Shown piece after piece: positions 12,007-26,528 of a stretch of 64,000 nucleotides of DNA. The notes below the pieces were generated by a model that saw only the letters and a program-made list of their open reading frames with translations, was not told the DNA's origin and searched no databases. A program made the position numbers and the translations under genes. Each line of letters begins with the position of its first letter. The first letter of the stretch is position 1. Source of the DNA: Octopus vulgaris (taxonomy: Eukaryota); assembly GCA_951406725.2 (NCBI GenBank), contig OX597827.1:65968001-66032000 (forward strand), written 5' to 3'.

Positions 12007-12177
12007 TACATATATACTACGGGCTGCTTTCAGTTTCCGTCTACTAAATCCACTCAGAAGCCTTTGGTCGGCCCGAGGCTATAGTAGAAGACACTTGCTC
12101 AAGGTGCCACGCAGTGGGACTGAACCCGGAAACATGTGGTTGGTAAGCAAGTTACTCATCACACATCCTCTCCTGCG

Positions 12178-12180
<3 letters not shown>
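11733..12180 (-). mobile_element. SINE family B, full length
   Basis: Reverse complement of the consensus with internal (AC)n(AT)n. Confidence 0.9.
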
Positions 12181-12230
<50 letters not shown>

Positions 12231-12750
12231 TATAGAGGGCATTATTACACATAAATGCCTCACGCTAAGAGAGACATAAGTCATTACTACCGAAATTTAA
12301 CTAATCATACCTAATGCAGTTCCCGAAGCAAGACTATTAAAAAAACTGAATTTAGTTCTATATCACCTGTGATTTCAGAATTAACGCATCAAATATGTCT
12401 TTTGTTCATCAGTAGAACAGATTCTGAACACATCATAAATAAACAACCAACATACTTAGCGAAGCCAAACATATATATACGAGTCATGTATGTGATTGAT
12501 TGCCTGTAGGTGCGTTCGCAGATGAGGGAGCATGCAGGCGTAGGTGAGAGCTTACCATCGGTGTGTCCAAGGTCATTAGACTGCAGCCATGCTGCAGCAC
12601 AGCCTTGAAAGTTTTCACACAAACAAATCGATCGCAGTTAGTTTTCTTTTGCTAAAGCCTGGTACTTAATCTATCCGCCACTTGCTGCCTCGGTACGGAA
12701 ACGTAAATAACTAATCAACGATTACCATGCGATATTGAGAACAAGCACAC

Positions 12751-12806
<56 letters not shown>

Positions 12807-13095
12807 GTATATATCAATTGGTTCTGCTTATGTCGACTGTAGTTCTCCTTTCTTAGCTCCGTCAATTCCAGCGTATGATCGGCTAGCATTCTAAATTACA
12901 GGAAGATTGACAAGTTAATTAATTAATCGAATAACAATATTGCCATTTATCAATCCGTTATAAAATTAACGACGATTATTTAAAGATAAAATCTACACTA
13001 CAACTCCAATCTCATACTAACATTAGTCATATACGGCATACGGCAAATACAAACATGCGGTGTACTGACCACACTGCAGTATATTTTAAATAAAT

Positions 13096-13392
13096 TGTTT
13101 GTTCTTTCTCGAGCCATGCATGGCTCATAAGGGCCGGGCTCCTGGTTTCCTTCGCGAATACGTCCCCACCTGGACGGAACGCCGGTCCGTCGCACCTGGC
13201 TGCATGATGCAGGTGAAACGAGTGAGAGAAAGTTGTAGCGAATGAGTCAGAATTTCGCCATTACTTTCTGCCGGAGCCGCGTGGAACTTAGGTGTTTCAT
13301 CATAAACACACACATCAGCCGGCCTGAGATTGAAACCCGCGATCCCTTGACGGCGAATCCGCTGCTCTAACCTCTAGGCTATGTGCCTTCAC
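13096..13392 (-). mobile_element. SINE family C variant (tRNA head, V-domain-like tail)
   Basis: Homologous to 14500-14779; ~16-bp TSD tatattttaaataaat/tatgttttaaataaat. Confidence 0.8.
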
Positions 13393-13835
13393 TATGTTTT
13401 AAATAAATATTCATAATTATTTATTGATGCCTTCTTCTTTTCTCTTAGTCATGTTAACGATTAGTTAACATGTACTCTATTGATTTGGAAACATATCAAT
13501 TTACTTTTAATCTTAGAGTATTCAAGTATTTTTCATTTGAAGTATTTTTAATCCAAGAATATTGCTCGTCTTTTACTCGAAAGGAACCGCCAGTGACACG
13601 ATCAAATTAAGTCGCTTTTTGGTTTAGTTCGTCCAATCAAATAACACTTTGTTGACCAACACACTCTCTGTATTCAATAAACATATATGTATCTGTAAAG
13701 CATATTCAATCAAGGAAATGTCCGGGTAAGTAATGAATATCCATCATATGCATATTTGTGTGTGTGCATGTTTCTGTATGCGTATACGTATTCGGTTATA
13801 TGAATTCTGCGTACACAAACGGATTTCTACATGTA

Positions 13836-14392
13836 TTGGGTTGCCCGGAAAGTTCGTGCCGATTTATAGCAGATTAACTTTCGACTTATTTTAGAACATG
13901 TTTCAGTCCATAAAATTGGATCTGTCTACACCTCCATTTAGAAATCAGTTTAAGCTATCTTTTCGTGGAAGAAGGTTTATGTTCCTATAACCTGTGTTAA
14001 TTTTGTAACCCTTTAAAATGGAAGATAAGAAAGTTCATTTTCGGCACTTGATGCTTTTCTTTTTTCGTAAAGGCGAAAAATGCCTCACAAACAACCAAAG
14101 AAATATGCGCAGGGTACGGTGATGCTTCTTTATCCGAAAGAACTGTACGGAAGTAGTTCGCAAGGTTCCGAGCTAGATATCGTAGCCTTATTGATAAAGA
14201 GCGATCAGATGATGACCAAATCAGGTCATTAATCGAGAATAACCCACATTGCACAAACCGAGAAATGGCAGAAAGCCTCAATCTATCAAAATCCATCGTT
14301 CATGAGTTCCTGATAAAGCTTGGGTAATGGCAAGTATTTATTTACCTTTTTCTTCCCTTTAAAAATCGGCACGAACTTTCCGGACAAGCCAG
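13836..14392 (+). mobile_element. Internally deleted mariner transposon
   Basis: TIRs ttgggttgcccggaaagttcgtgccgattt / aaatcggcacgaactttccggacaagccag, flanked by TA. Confidence 0.92.
14018..14324 (+). pseudogene. Mariner transposase N-terminal HTH region; frameshift and stop, catalytic domain deleted
   Basis: Manual translation MEDKKVHFRHLMLFFFRKG..ASQTTKEICAGYGDASLSERTVRK*FARFR...DDDQIRSLIENNPHCTNREMAESLNLSKSIVHEFLIKLG. Confidence 0.88.
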
Positions 14393-14499
14393 TATAAGGT
14401 ATATCTAATGGAAGGAGTATTCCTGCTGCGTTATAGCATATGATAACCGACAACCGCACAGGAACTTTCAAAATACACGTTATAAGGATAATTTTTATT

Positions 14500-14779
14500 T
14501 ATTTATGCGCCCTTTCCCGGTTTCTGTGGTGTATGTGTTCCCACCACCTGGATGGGACACCAGTCCATTGCAGTCCGTTACCAAAGAAAGAGGTAGAAAG
14601 TGTGAGAGAAAGTTGGGGCGAAAGAGTACAACAGGGGTTGCCACCACCCACTGCCGTAGCCTCGTGGAGCTTTAGGTGTTTTCGCTCAATAAACACACAC
14701 AACGCTCGGTCTGGGAATCGAAACCGTGATTATTCGACCGCGAGTCCGCTGCCCTAACCACTGGGCCATTGCGCCTCCA
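14500..14779 (-). mobile_element. SINE family C (tRNA head) with V-domain-like tail
   Basis: Minus strand ggaggcgcaatggcccagtggttagggcagcggactcgcgg...gtttcgattccc; tail ctgcaatggactggtgtcccatccagg. Confidence 0.88.
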
Positions 14780-15622
14780 TAGGGATAATGCCCAGATGAT
14801 ATTAAATATGCATAGATATATATATATATACTTATATACATACATACACACACAAACGTATTTATATAATATATAAGAATTGATTCATTGTGTTTGAACA
14901 ATTGACCACTGCTAATATTTTCCTTCGATGTGTCAGTTTTGTTTATTTAAAATATATGATGAATTGCGTTTTAAAAAGCAAGTATCTTTATGACTTCATC
15001 AGTCTTATCTAATTATTTATCACTAGAGGATAATGCAATTTAGTTATATTTGAATTATTGATTTTTGAATAAACTTTACTATTTTCCAGATACACATTTG
15101 CATTTTTCTTTCTTTGTATATCTCTTTTACCTTTTGTATTACTGTATTGCCCTCGCATTTTTCTTGCATTTCTCATATTCTACAGCCCACAATATTTATT
15201 CTTTTTTTTTAAATACATTTATTAATTCCATGCTGCTTATTCTCTTATTCCTTTGTTTATGATGAATGTGGAAAATATGAATAAAATATTCTACCGCAGA
15301 TCATTTTACTATAGAAGTGAATTATTTATATGGTTCTATGTATTTGTATTTAGTTTATATATGGTATTATTGAAAACATATTAATCGACTTCAAAATTAT
15401 TCTTTTATGTAACGTATGTTAATGATTCTTTCAATATATGTATATAACTTGCATGATAACTTTAGACAAACATCGCTCCCACATTTTCTAATTTGCTCAG
15501 CGTTTTCCCCAGAGTGAACTGACTGCAGGCACATGTTGTTTTAGGTTGCGAACGATTGTGTAATTAATGATGTCAACAATAATATAACGAGATTTAATAT
15601 TTATAATATCGTTAAGAATGCG

Positions 15623-16250
15623 AGGCGGTAGAAATGTTAGCGCGCCAGGCGAAAAGCTCAGCGATATGAAAGGCGGTGAGCTGGCAGAACCGTAAGGACG
15701 CCGGGCGAAATGCTTAGCGGTATTTCATCTGCGTTACGTTGTGAGTTCAAATTCCGCCGAGGTCGACTTTGCCTTTCATCCTTTCGGGGTCGATAAATTA
15801 AGTACCAGTTATGAACTGGGGTCGATGTAATCGACTTAATACCTATGTCTGTCCTTGTTTGTTGCCTCTGTGTTTAGCCCCTTGTGGGTAATAAAGAAAT
15901 AGGTATTTCGTCTGCCGTTACGTTGTGAGTTCAAATTCCGCCGATGTCGACTTTGCCTTTCATCCTTTCGGGGTCGATAAATTAAGTACCAGTTACGCAC
16001 TGGGGTCGATGTAATCGACTTAATACCTATGTCTGTCCTTGTTTGTCCCCTCTGTGTTTAGCCCCTTGTGGGTAATAAAGAAATAGGTATTTCGTCTGTC
16101 TTTACGTTTAAATTCGAACGAGGACGATTTTGCATTTCATCCTTTTGGGGACCGATAAGTTAAGTACCAGTTTCGTACTGTGTTCAATCTAATCAACTGG
16201 CCTCCTCCTCCACAAAAATTACGTGCGTTGTGCCTAGTGGAGAAAAGAAT
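15623..16250 (+). mobile_element. SINE family A multimer (partial head duplication, two full body units, third unit with alternative tail)
   Basis: Repeated ggtatttcgtctg...aaagaaata units; ends tgcctagtggagaaaagaat. Confidence 0.9.
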
Positions 16251-17001
16251 ATTTATAATATATTTAAGGCAGCAAGGTGGCAGGACCGTTACCGTACAGG
16301 AATAATATGCTTAGCGGTGTTTCTCGGTATTTACGTTCTGTGTTTTAATTGCCGTCGATGTCAAATTTGCAATTCATTATTCGGCGTCAATGAAATAATC
16401 GACAGTTGTTCGCTAACGTCGATATAATCTATTTGCTGAGATTTTATCAAAATTTGAAACCAATGTTTAAAAGATATTTAAGCTGCTGTGATTCTGTTTA
16501 TTTCTAATTCGTATGATATTATTAGAACATCTTCCATAGTTCATCTACAAATGGTTCGTGGGCTTCAATATGAAGTGTATGATTACCACCTTGGTTGAAT
16601 TCAATTCGATATTTTATGTGAACTGTGGTATAACGTCCTCTTAATGATTTATTGTTGTAAATATCTTGTCGGATTTCTCTATTTCAAGTATCAACTTCAG
16701 TCATGAAACCGGATGATTTAGGACCCACAGGAAATATGCTGTGATAAAAGGTATTATATAGACATACTGGAATGTTTACCGGCTGATATCTGTCAATTTT
16801 GTATCCTCTCCACTTTCTTATTTGCCGTATAAATCAAGGGTAAAGCACTTTTTATTCCCGCTCGTATATAACACTCAGTTGCGAGATTCCCACGCAATAA
16901 CAGGCATTTGGATTTGAATATTTGGGTACACTATACCAACAGTAGTACTATCCCTCAGATGGTTGCTCAATCTCTAACTCACACAGAAATATATAAATAT
17001 A

Positions 17002-17036
<35 letters not shown>

Positions 17037-17060
17037 GCATTATATATATATATATATATA

Positions 17061-17118
<58 letters not shown>

Positions 17119-17159
17119 CGCATATATATATGTATATATATATATATATATATATACGC

Positions 17160-17368
17160 ATTTTTTTTCTCTCCTTGTTTCTCTCCGTGTTTCTTTTCTG
17201 TGTATCTTTCTGTTGAAGAGCGTAGGCTCGAAACGTAAAGGACTTGTTTAATTTCTATTCCTGAGCGCCATGCTAATACAATTGTTTGTTTGTACTCCAC
17301 CTGCCTTCGTCTTTTGTTTATTTTCGTAAAGCTTCCCGTTTTGTTTATTTTCGTAAAGCTATCCCGTT
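17160..17368 (+). mobile_element. Family H1 (TA)n-embedded repeat
   Basis: Homologous to 5146, 28085, 54787; short internal tandem duplication of tttgttt atttcgtaaagct-like segment near the 3' end. Confidence 0.8.
17205..17242 (+). ncRNA. Minimal type-I hammerhead-ribozyme-like motif (A6U variant, extra A after A9)
   Basis: tcttt-CTGTTGA-a-GAGC gtag GCTC-GAAAC-GTA-aagga: helix I 5 bp, helix II 4 bp, palindromic ACGU helix III. Confidence 0.55.
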
Positions 17369-18143
17369 ATATATATATGATGGATTCTCTGGTCGTGAAG
17401 GAAAGACAAATTAGGCTTCTCAAAAATAAGACCTTAATCATGTTTATGGACACGAATGTGTCTTTTGAAGCTTTGCAAATCATTTGGTAAATGGAACAAG
17501 TTTAGGACTCAGTTTGCTTTAGTGCTTGTGGATCATTTACTGTGCTTCATGTATGTTGTATATGTATACGTATAATATACATTGCACACACACGCGTACA
17601 TACATAATTACACACACACATATGCGTATAAATATATATGTGAGTATGTATACGTGAGTGATTGTGCAAAACGTGTTAGGTTAAGGGATAGAAATCGTTT
17701 ATAGAATGATATATTTCGAAGCGCGGTTCTTTATTATTATATATCTAGACATTATTACATACTGAATGTTCACCTCTGAAATAAGATATTAGTATGAAAT
17801 AAACACAAAACTGTATTTCTATTTTTATAGGGGACAGTCTTAATATCAACCCTGCAAATGTACTAACGAAATTATACGTTATCTCCAATTTTAACATTTT
17901 CTCTTTGATATATTTTTCTTCTTCCGAAAGTTTGTTTTATTCTCAACAATACTTTACATATAGCATCGATGAAGCTTCGTATGCGTAAATTATTTATATA
18001 GCATGGCGCAAAGTAAAATTCAGTAATAATCAGTCACAGGTAATAAAGGGTTAACACCCTCAGGGTGGTACTTATTATATTTTTTCGAAATATTATTATA
18101 TATTGCATTGAAGTAGAAAGATACACACACACGCGACCACACG

Positions 18144-18223
<80 letters not shown>

Positions 18224-18765
18224 ATATGTATGTATGTATTTATGTATATGTATATGTATCTGCATATTATCGGGCGAAACAGAACTAGTAAAATATACAG
18301 ATGAAGAGAAAAGAGTAAAAGAGCGAAAATTATTACTGTATAAAGACAGTTTGTTATGAATAAATAAATACTTTGGCAGTTTCCCAAGACACACAAGAAA
18401 GAAAATAATGGAAAAGAACAAAAGATGAAAAGTAGAAAGTAATATACGGAGAATGCAAAGAAAATGTATATGTCAATGAATTTGTAGTCTATCTGAATAT
18501 AGAATGTATAGCTGTGTAAACAGAGAGTCAATTTTTTAACCTGCTACACCATAATTTCGCTATCAACGCATTAGAAAGTAATTTTTTTCGTGAAGAAATT
18601 TATAGCTGTAAATAGACTGCAATTATACGTGTTGAACAAGCCATTTCGAAACTGCAACACTATATCTACGAAATCCATTTCCTCTTCACCATTTTATATA
18701 AATACATAGATATAAATATGTATATGTGCATACCTATGTATATGTATACACGCACACACATACCT

Positions 18766-18811
<46 letters not shown>

Positions 18812-19713
18812 TTATCTCTCTATCTATTTATTTGTCTGTCTATCTATCTTTCTCTGTCTCTCTATCTGTCTGTCTATGAGTCTGCCTGTCTGTCTCCCCC
18901 CTCTCTCTCTCTATATATATATATATGTTTGGATGTATGTATGTATGTATCTATCTATCTATCACGTACACGTATATTATACATACGTACAAACATACAC
19001 ACATACATACATCTGTATGTATGTATATATATATATATATGGGTGTGTGTGTGTGTGTGTGTTTGTGTGTGTGTATGAGTGTGTGTGTGTGTCTGCGCAT
19101 ACCTGTTTATATACGCGTGTGGTTGTGATGTGTGTCGTTATTGGTATCTAGAGTCGAGTTTTGTATGGACTACCATCATTTATTTGTGTTTCTTTACTTT
19201 TCTAATCTTCGATATTTTCTGTTCATTTTACTTTTCTATAGTTTGCTTTTGTTTGTGTTTTACCGATCTATTTCTTCAACTTTAGAAACTATAAGCCGTT
19301 TAGTGGCAACTACTTTTCGCTATTGTCTATGTAATTTTCAAAGTTGAATTTTTTATTCATAACAACATTATTTTTCTTTCAAGTAACCGCTATCTGAAAT
19401 TACCATTTTTGTTTGTTTTATTCATTTGTATTCTATTTCTGTCCCTAAGCCCCAATGCTACATCAGTTTCAACACATAACTTCATTTCATAGCAAGAACA
19501 TAAAAATAACATATTTTTACCGTAAGCAAAAGATGGAAGAAACCGAAAGTGAAACTGAGACGAATTATTTCATTGTAGACAGAGCCGACTATCATTAAAT
19601 GAGTCCCCATCTTGTAAAGTTAAATATCTATACGGCAAATATAACTTCCCAATATTTGAAAATAAATGAAAAATATTTTTATTTTTGTAGAATATTCCGC
19701 GACCATCCATTGG

Positions 19714-19760
<47 letters not shown>

Positions 19761-19949
19761 TAAATTTAAAATAATAGGGGTGAAAGGAAACCTCGTTTGG
19801 GATTAATCTATATTTTGTATCTTTTCATTTGTCTTGCTCGCTTACGTTCTGGCGTTTGCTAACTTTACTTGAGAGCATTCCTTTCTCAATGGTAATACCA
19901 TAACGGATCTTCTTCTAGCATAATGGATGTCCTCTTACAGGCCATCCCT

Positions 19950-20910
<961 letters not shown>

Positions 20911-20990
20911 TATATATATATATATGTATTGGCTTATGTTTTTCACTGTTTGATTTACCTAATAGTGGTTTTATCTCTAATTTAATATAA

Positions 20991-21079
<89 letters not shown>

Positions 21080-21099
21080 CTCTATATATATACGACGCC

Positions 21100-21480
21100 A
21101 ACAATTTTTTTGGGGTGGTGGTTGAATAACTCAATTACCTCATCGCCGGTCCTCGACTAGTAATTATTTTGTGAACCCCGAATATTTGAAAGGGAGAGTC
21201 GACCTCGAGCAATCTAGAACTGAGAACATGGAGACGGACCAAATACAGCTTAGCATTTCGGCCGCTTGGTAATGATTCTGCCCGATCGCCACCTTAGATA
21301 ATATATATATTGACGAGTGAATTGCATTGGCCATATTATTCAACGGGTACATATTTTATCGACCCCGAAATCATGAAATGCATGTTGTCTTCGGATTGAT
21401 TTTGAACTCTGAATGTAATACCGAAAGAAATACCTCTAATTTGATCGGCGCGCTAATGATTCTACTTGCTTACCGCCTTC
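21100..21480 (-). mobile_element. Two adjacent degenerate SINE family A copies
   Basis: Both end in ...atgattct...c(g/a)ccgcc/acctt-like heads and contain tttatcgaccccgaa or gaactc motifs. Confidence 0.6.
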
Positions 21481-21566
21481 CACAAACATAATTTTTAAAT
21501 ACATTTGGAATAGATTTAAAATCAGAAATCTAGATACATAAATACAAAATAAGTGTAGATAAATTT

Positions 21567-21919
21567 CTCTTTACTCTTTTACGCTTTTACTTGTTTCACT
21601 CATTTGACTGCAGCCATGTTGTAGCACCGCCTTTACTTATTCTATCGGTCAGTTTTGCCGAACCGCTAAGTTACATGGACGTAAACACACCAGCATCGGT
21701 TGTCAAGTGATGTTGGGGAACAAACACACATACAAAAAACACACACACATATACATAAATACGAGAGGCTTCTTTCAGTTTCCGTCTACCAAATCCACTC
21801 ATAAGGCATTGGTCGGCCCGAAGCTCTAGTAGAAGACACTTGCCCAAGGTTCCACGCAGTGGGACTGAACGCGGAATCACGTGGCTGGTAAGCAAGCTAC
21901 TTACCACACAGCCACTCCT
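21567..21919 (-). mobile_element. SINE family B (small internal deletion, short microsatellite)
   Basis: Reverse complement of the consensus. Confidence 0.9.
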
Positions 21920-22060
21920 CAATGATGTGTATATGCCTGGCAGTATATCATCTACTCCATTCAAAATGTTAGTACGCAATGGTTTGTCTTCGCTATATAC
22001 TATTAATGAAGGCATATATATCGTGCCTTAATAATTTATTGTTTTATATACTGTCATGCG

Positions 22061-22166
22061 AATAATAATAATAATGTTCGTCCTTCGGTTCGAAGATGAC
22101 CAACTGACATCATCTGATGGAACTGCCGCCATGAGACCTGAGGTGGCTGGTGAGGCCAATCCGGGC
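22061..22166 (-). mobile_element. RTE/BovB-type LINE 3' end (5'-truncated)
   Basis: Minus strand encodes ARIGLTSHLRSH (RTE C-terminal zinc-finger motif), then gtcatcttcgaaccgaaggacgaac and an (ATT)n tail. Confidence 0.75.
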
Positions 22167-22804
22167 AATATTATCTGTTTAAAAGCAGTCTATTATTCAA
22201 TATGGAAATTCTTCTTTCTTTTCAGACCTTGAGAATCACTGACACAAAGACTTGTATTCCTAAAACGATCTAGTAATGTTTATTATCTTCTCGTTTCCAT
22301 GCTGCTGTACCCAATCATATATTATCAGTGAATGTGATATCAGCTTCATATGTTTGGAGCGATACATCGATGAAAACGTGATAAATGTTAATATGTCAGT
22401 GCTTGTAATTTGTGTCACAGGTTAATTTACTGCAGCCACCGATCACTAATTATATTTTAATCAATCATTACCAATCAAGACTCAATAGACCATTTCGAAA
22501 TATAATAACCCGTTTGTTTACTAAACATTCACATTTATTCTTCTATAAGCAATAAATACACTCCTTAGTAAACAACTTAATTAGTTTTGAAAATTATGAC
22601 CCTTCAAGTGCCACTGCGTAGGGGAATAAATTCGGCGTCCTTGACATATTCTCTTGAGAGCTTGAAGGTAGTTCTGTATTTAGTAGGCGCCGCCATATAT
22701 ACATTTGTGTACTGTTGTTTATCTCATAGCAGGGCGTTAAAAATGTATTGAAGAGGCTTATTAAATACACCTTTTATTATAGATGTTTTCGATCTAGTTT
22801 GGAT

Positions 22805-22865
22805 TCTGAAGAAGGGGAGATAATAAACGAGTGATTCTTTCTTCTATTATCTCCCCTTGTTCAGA
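22805..22865. other. Hairpin with 21-bp arms (20/21 paired) and 19-nt loop
   Basis: tctgaagaaggggagataata / tattatctccccttgttcaga. Confidence 0.85.
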
Positions 22866-23041
22866 CCGGTCGACGTAACGGAGTATCTTTTGGTAGAAGC
22901 TATCGCAGTGTTCATGAGTTATTTCATCGAACTTTTCAGATATCAATTGGTGGGCTCTACTGAACGAGTTAGATAAGAAAGATAGGTATTCCCTTACGGC
23001 TAATGTAGTTTAACTCTCTTTTTTATCAAGGTTTCAGCACC

Positions 23042-23112
23042 AATTGAAAAATTCAAATTTGATTGCAAAGAATTCAAATTTGATTGCAAAGAATTCAAAT
23101 TTGATGGAAAGA
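23042..23112. repeat. 21-bp minisatellite, about 3 copies
   Basis: aattcaaatttgattgcaaag repeated. Confidence 0.85.
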
Positions 23113-23774
23113 ATCCAAATTAGATCGAAAACATCTATAATATTGGTAAGCTTACCTATCAACATAGTTAAGCTGGTATCACCTTTGGGTTTATGTTGTT
23201 GACACTTATTCAATGCTCCGTTGTACACACTAGATGTTGTCCTGAGACTTCCTTGAATGCGCCCCCCCCCATCAGGTAATAAATCAATCACAACCCGTAT
23301 TGTTCAAACCACTGGAATAAGTAGCATTTCGCTTCTGTAGAAAGTGGTTGTCTAACCTGAAAACAACTACTTTAAACTCTTTGGGTGGGCACAATTAATC
23401 ATTCATTTGTGTCGATAAAATTTGATTATTTATTCATATTGCTCTCGTCGTGTATTTTGCTATGATTATTTTTTCAAGAATTCCATGTCGATTATTTATC
23501 CGAAACAAAATAAAATTTAATTGTAAAACAGTAATCATATAGTTTCAACACTGTTACTTATTCCGCTCCCCGAAATTATGTTTGCACACACGCACACGCA
23601 CGTACACACACATACACAAATAAGTATACGTGAATATATATATATATATATATATGCGCGCGTGTGTGTGTATACACTCACGCACATCCACATGCATACG
23701 ATAGGTCACCGAATAATTTCTGTCTACCAAGTTCTTATGCAAGATACTAGTGATCACAGAATTATAGGATATGT

Positions 23775-24149
23775 AAGGCCCCGAGTTAGCAGAAACGTTA
23801 GCACACTGGGCGAAATGCTTAGCCGTATTGCGTCTGCATTTACGTTCTGAGTTCAAAGTCCACCAAGGTCGAATTTGCCTTTCATCCATTCGGGTCGATT
23901 AAATAATACCTGTTACGCACTGAGGTCGATATAATCGACCTTAATCCGTTTTGTCTCTCCTTGTTTGTCCTCTCTGTAGGCAGTAAAGAAATAAGAAACG
24001 TTAACACACCGGGCGAAAAGCTTACGTTCTGAGTTCAAAGTCCGCCGAGGTCGACTTTGCCTTTCATCATTTCGGTAGCGTACTGGTGTCGATCTAATCG
24101 ACTGGCTCCCTCCCCAAACATTTTGGGCCGTGTGCCTAGAGTAGAAAAT
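23775..24149 (+). mobile_element. SINE family A dimer with alternative tail
   Basis: Head plus body, then a second partial head plus body; flanking direct repeat gaattatagga at 23759 and 24150. Confidence 0.85.
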
Positions 24150-25596
24150 GAATTATAGGAGAGGTGGCACTTAAATACACCGTTGCGGAGCGAGTATGTG
24201 CCAATTTGTGGTTAGATCAATAATTTGCTGGTTTAGTTGACATTCGCTGACATTCTTTATTAATTGAATATCTACGTAACCGTCAGACATAGTGTCAAGG
24301 TTTGCCGGTATTTATATATATGGCAATTATAAAGGGGTAAAAGTTTGAAAGTCAAATGCATTTCCGAGAAACAAGTTAGAATATCTTTAAATTACGATTT
24401 GGCTGTCAAGTTCTGATATACTTTAAGGGATAATATACATTCCTTGACAGCTTACCACACCAAGCCTTTCACAATTTCTAATAATTATATTTGCGAATGA
24501 ACTGTTGTTCTCGCGTTTACCAAGTGCTGAAATCTTCGAACTGAATTTAATAAAACGAAATAAACTCGTGATTTTTGTAATTATATATCGGGACACATGG
24601 ACAGAAAAACACTCGCACATACACACATACAGACAAGCTTATTCGTATGTGTGTATGTGTGTCTTTGTCCAGGTGTGTTCGCCCCTAATGACATGCATTT
24701 CTATATAACTTAGCGTTTTCCTTCCTTGCATTACGATTATCGATTCTTTTGAGGCTTTAACGTGCTATATACTATGATACCGTTATATATCATTATTAAC
24801 GTTATTAAGATTGTTTTCCTGGGTAATTACCTGCTATATACATAGATTCATATATACATACACATAAATATAAATATATATATAACTACTTGAATTCAAT
24901 ATATTTGGTATACATTGCAAAATATACTGACATTAAGTTCGCAATTATTGATTTATTTTCTTTATGCGAACCATTCAGGAGACAGTCCAACTAGAGATTC
25001 ACTCAAATGAACAGAATCAAACAGATACATATATCGTGTACCCATATACAAAATTTCTTCTATCTCGGTACAAAACTCTAGAGTAAAAACTGGAACATAC
25101 CTATGGAAATATCATATATCAAATTTGAAGAAAAATATGTAAATATAATTGGTAAATAAATAGAATCATATCGAAAAAGTCGCAAGTGGATGGAACATGT
25201 TCTCGATCTAGATGCGGTTTATCATTTTTAAATAGAAATGATAAATTTTAATAAAAGAGATAATTCAAAATAAAGGAAAGATATATGAAGCCAATACTGG
25301 AAAAATTTGGTAAGCATTTTTCATATGGGTAAAGTTATCTTTAGGTAGAAAGAAAATGGAAGTAGATGCATGGGTGATAACATATTTTGATAATAAACTT
25401 TATAAACAAAGTTTTTGAAAAAAATCCTCTATTGTACGTACCGAGGTTTGTAGGAAGACCTAAGAATTGAACCGAGATTGGTAAATTAGTAAATTTTACA
25501 CAATAATTTAGCATCTCAAGATTTGCTACACATAACAATTATTTTTGCTATTGTATCTTAGGGAACAAAATCTTTTTGTTCCCCCTTTTTATAAAT

Positions 25597-25980
25597 GCAA
25601 GTGACTTATACTATAGCCTGGGGCCTTGTGAGTGGATTTGATAGACGGAATTTGAAAGTAGCCCGTCGTACATATGTATATATATTTGTTTTCCAGCTAT
25701 TGTCGTTTTAATGTGTATTTTTTAAATGTGTATTATTTTGTATAGAAATCTTTAGCACAATATTAATAATAAAGTCGTTTTAATGTGTATGTTTTGATGT
25801 ATATTATGTAGTATAGAAATTTTTAATACAGTGTTAATATTAATATATTTAAATTTATATGAATGTATAGATAATATCAATCAGTATTAATTGAATTACT
25901 TTATGAAGGTTCCATCTGGAAATTCTGTTTGTGTATGTTTGTCCCCACCCCATGGAGTGACAAACGTCGATACTGACGTA
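25597..25980 (+). mobile_element. Old SINE family B copy interrupted in its microsatellite by an AT-rich segment
   Basis: Left half ends gcccgtcgtacatat (~25675); right half resumes gtttgtccccacc (~25938). Confidence 0.6.
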
Positions 25981-26089
25981 CTCTTCTGGGCATATGAATA
26001 CAAGTGCTATTCCTTAAATTGTGCAAAAGTGGGTTTGTATTGAAGAAGCACACAGACACACATTCACACACACACACACACAAACATAT

Positions 26090-26330
26090 TCTTTTACTCT
26101 TTTATTTGTTTCAGTTATTTGACTGTGGCCATGCTGGAGCACCGTCTTTAGCCGAGCAAATCGCCCCCAGAACTAATTCTTTGGAAGCCTAGAACTTGTT
26201 CTATCGGTCTCTTTTGCCGAACCGCTAAGTTCCGAGGATGTAAACGAACCAGCATCGGTTGTCAAGCGATGTTGGGGAGTCAAACACAGATACACAAACA
26301 TATACATACACACACACACACACATATATT

Positions 26331-26369
<39 letters not shown>

Positions 26370-26528
26370 GACGGGCTTCTTTCAGTTTCCATCTACTAAA
26401 TCCACTCACAAGGTTTTGGTCGACCCGAGGCTATAGCAGAAGACACTTGCCCAAGGTGCCACGCAGTGGGACTGAATCCGGAACTATGTGGTTGGTAAGC
26501 AAGCTACTTACCACGCAGCCACTCCCGC
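26090..26528 (-). mobile_element. SINE family B, full length
   Basis: Reverse complement of the consensus. Confidence 0.9.
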
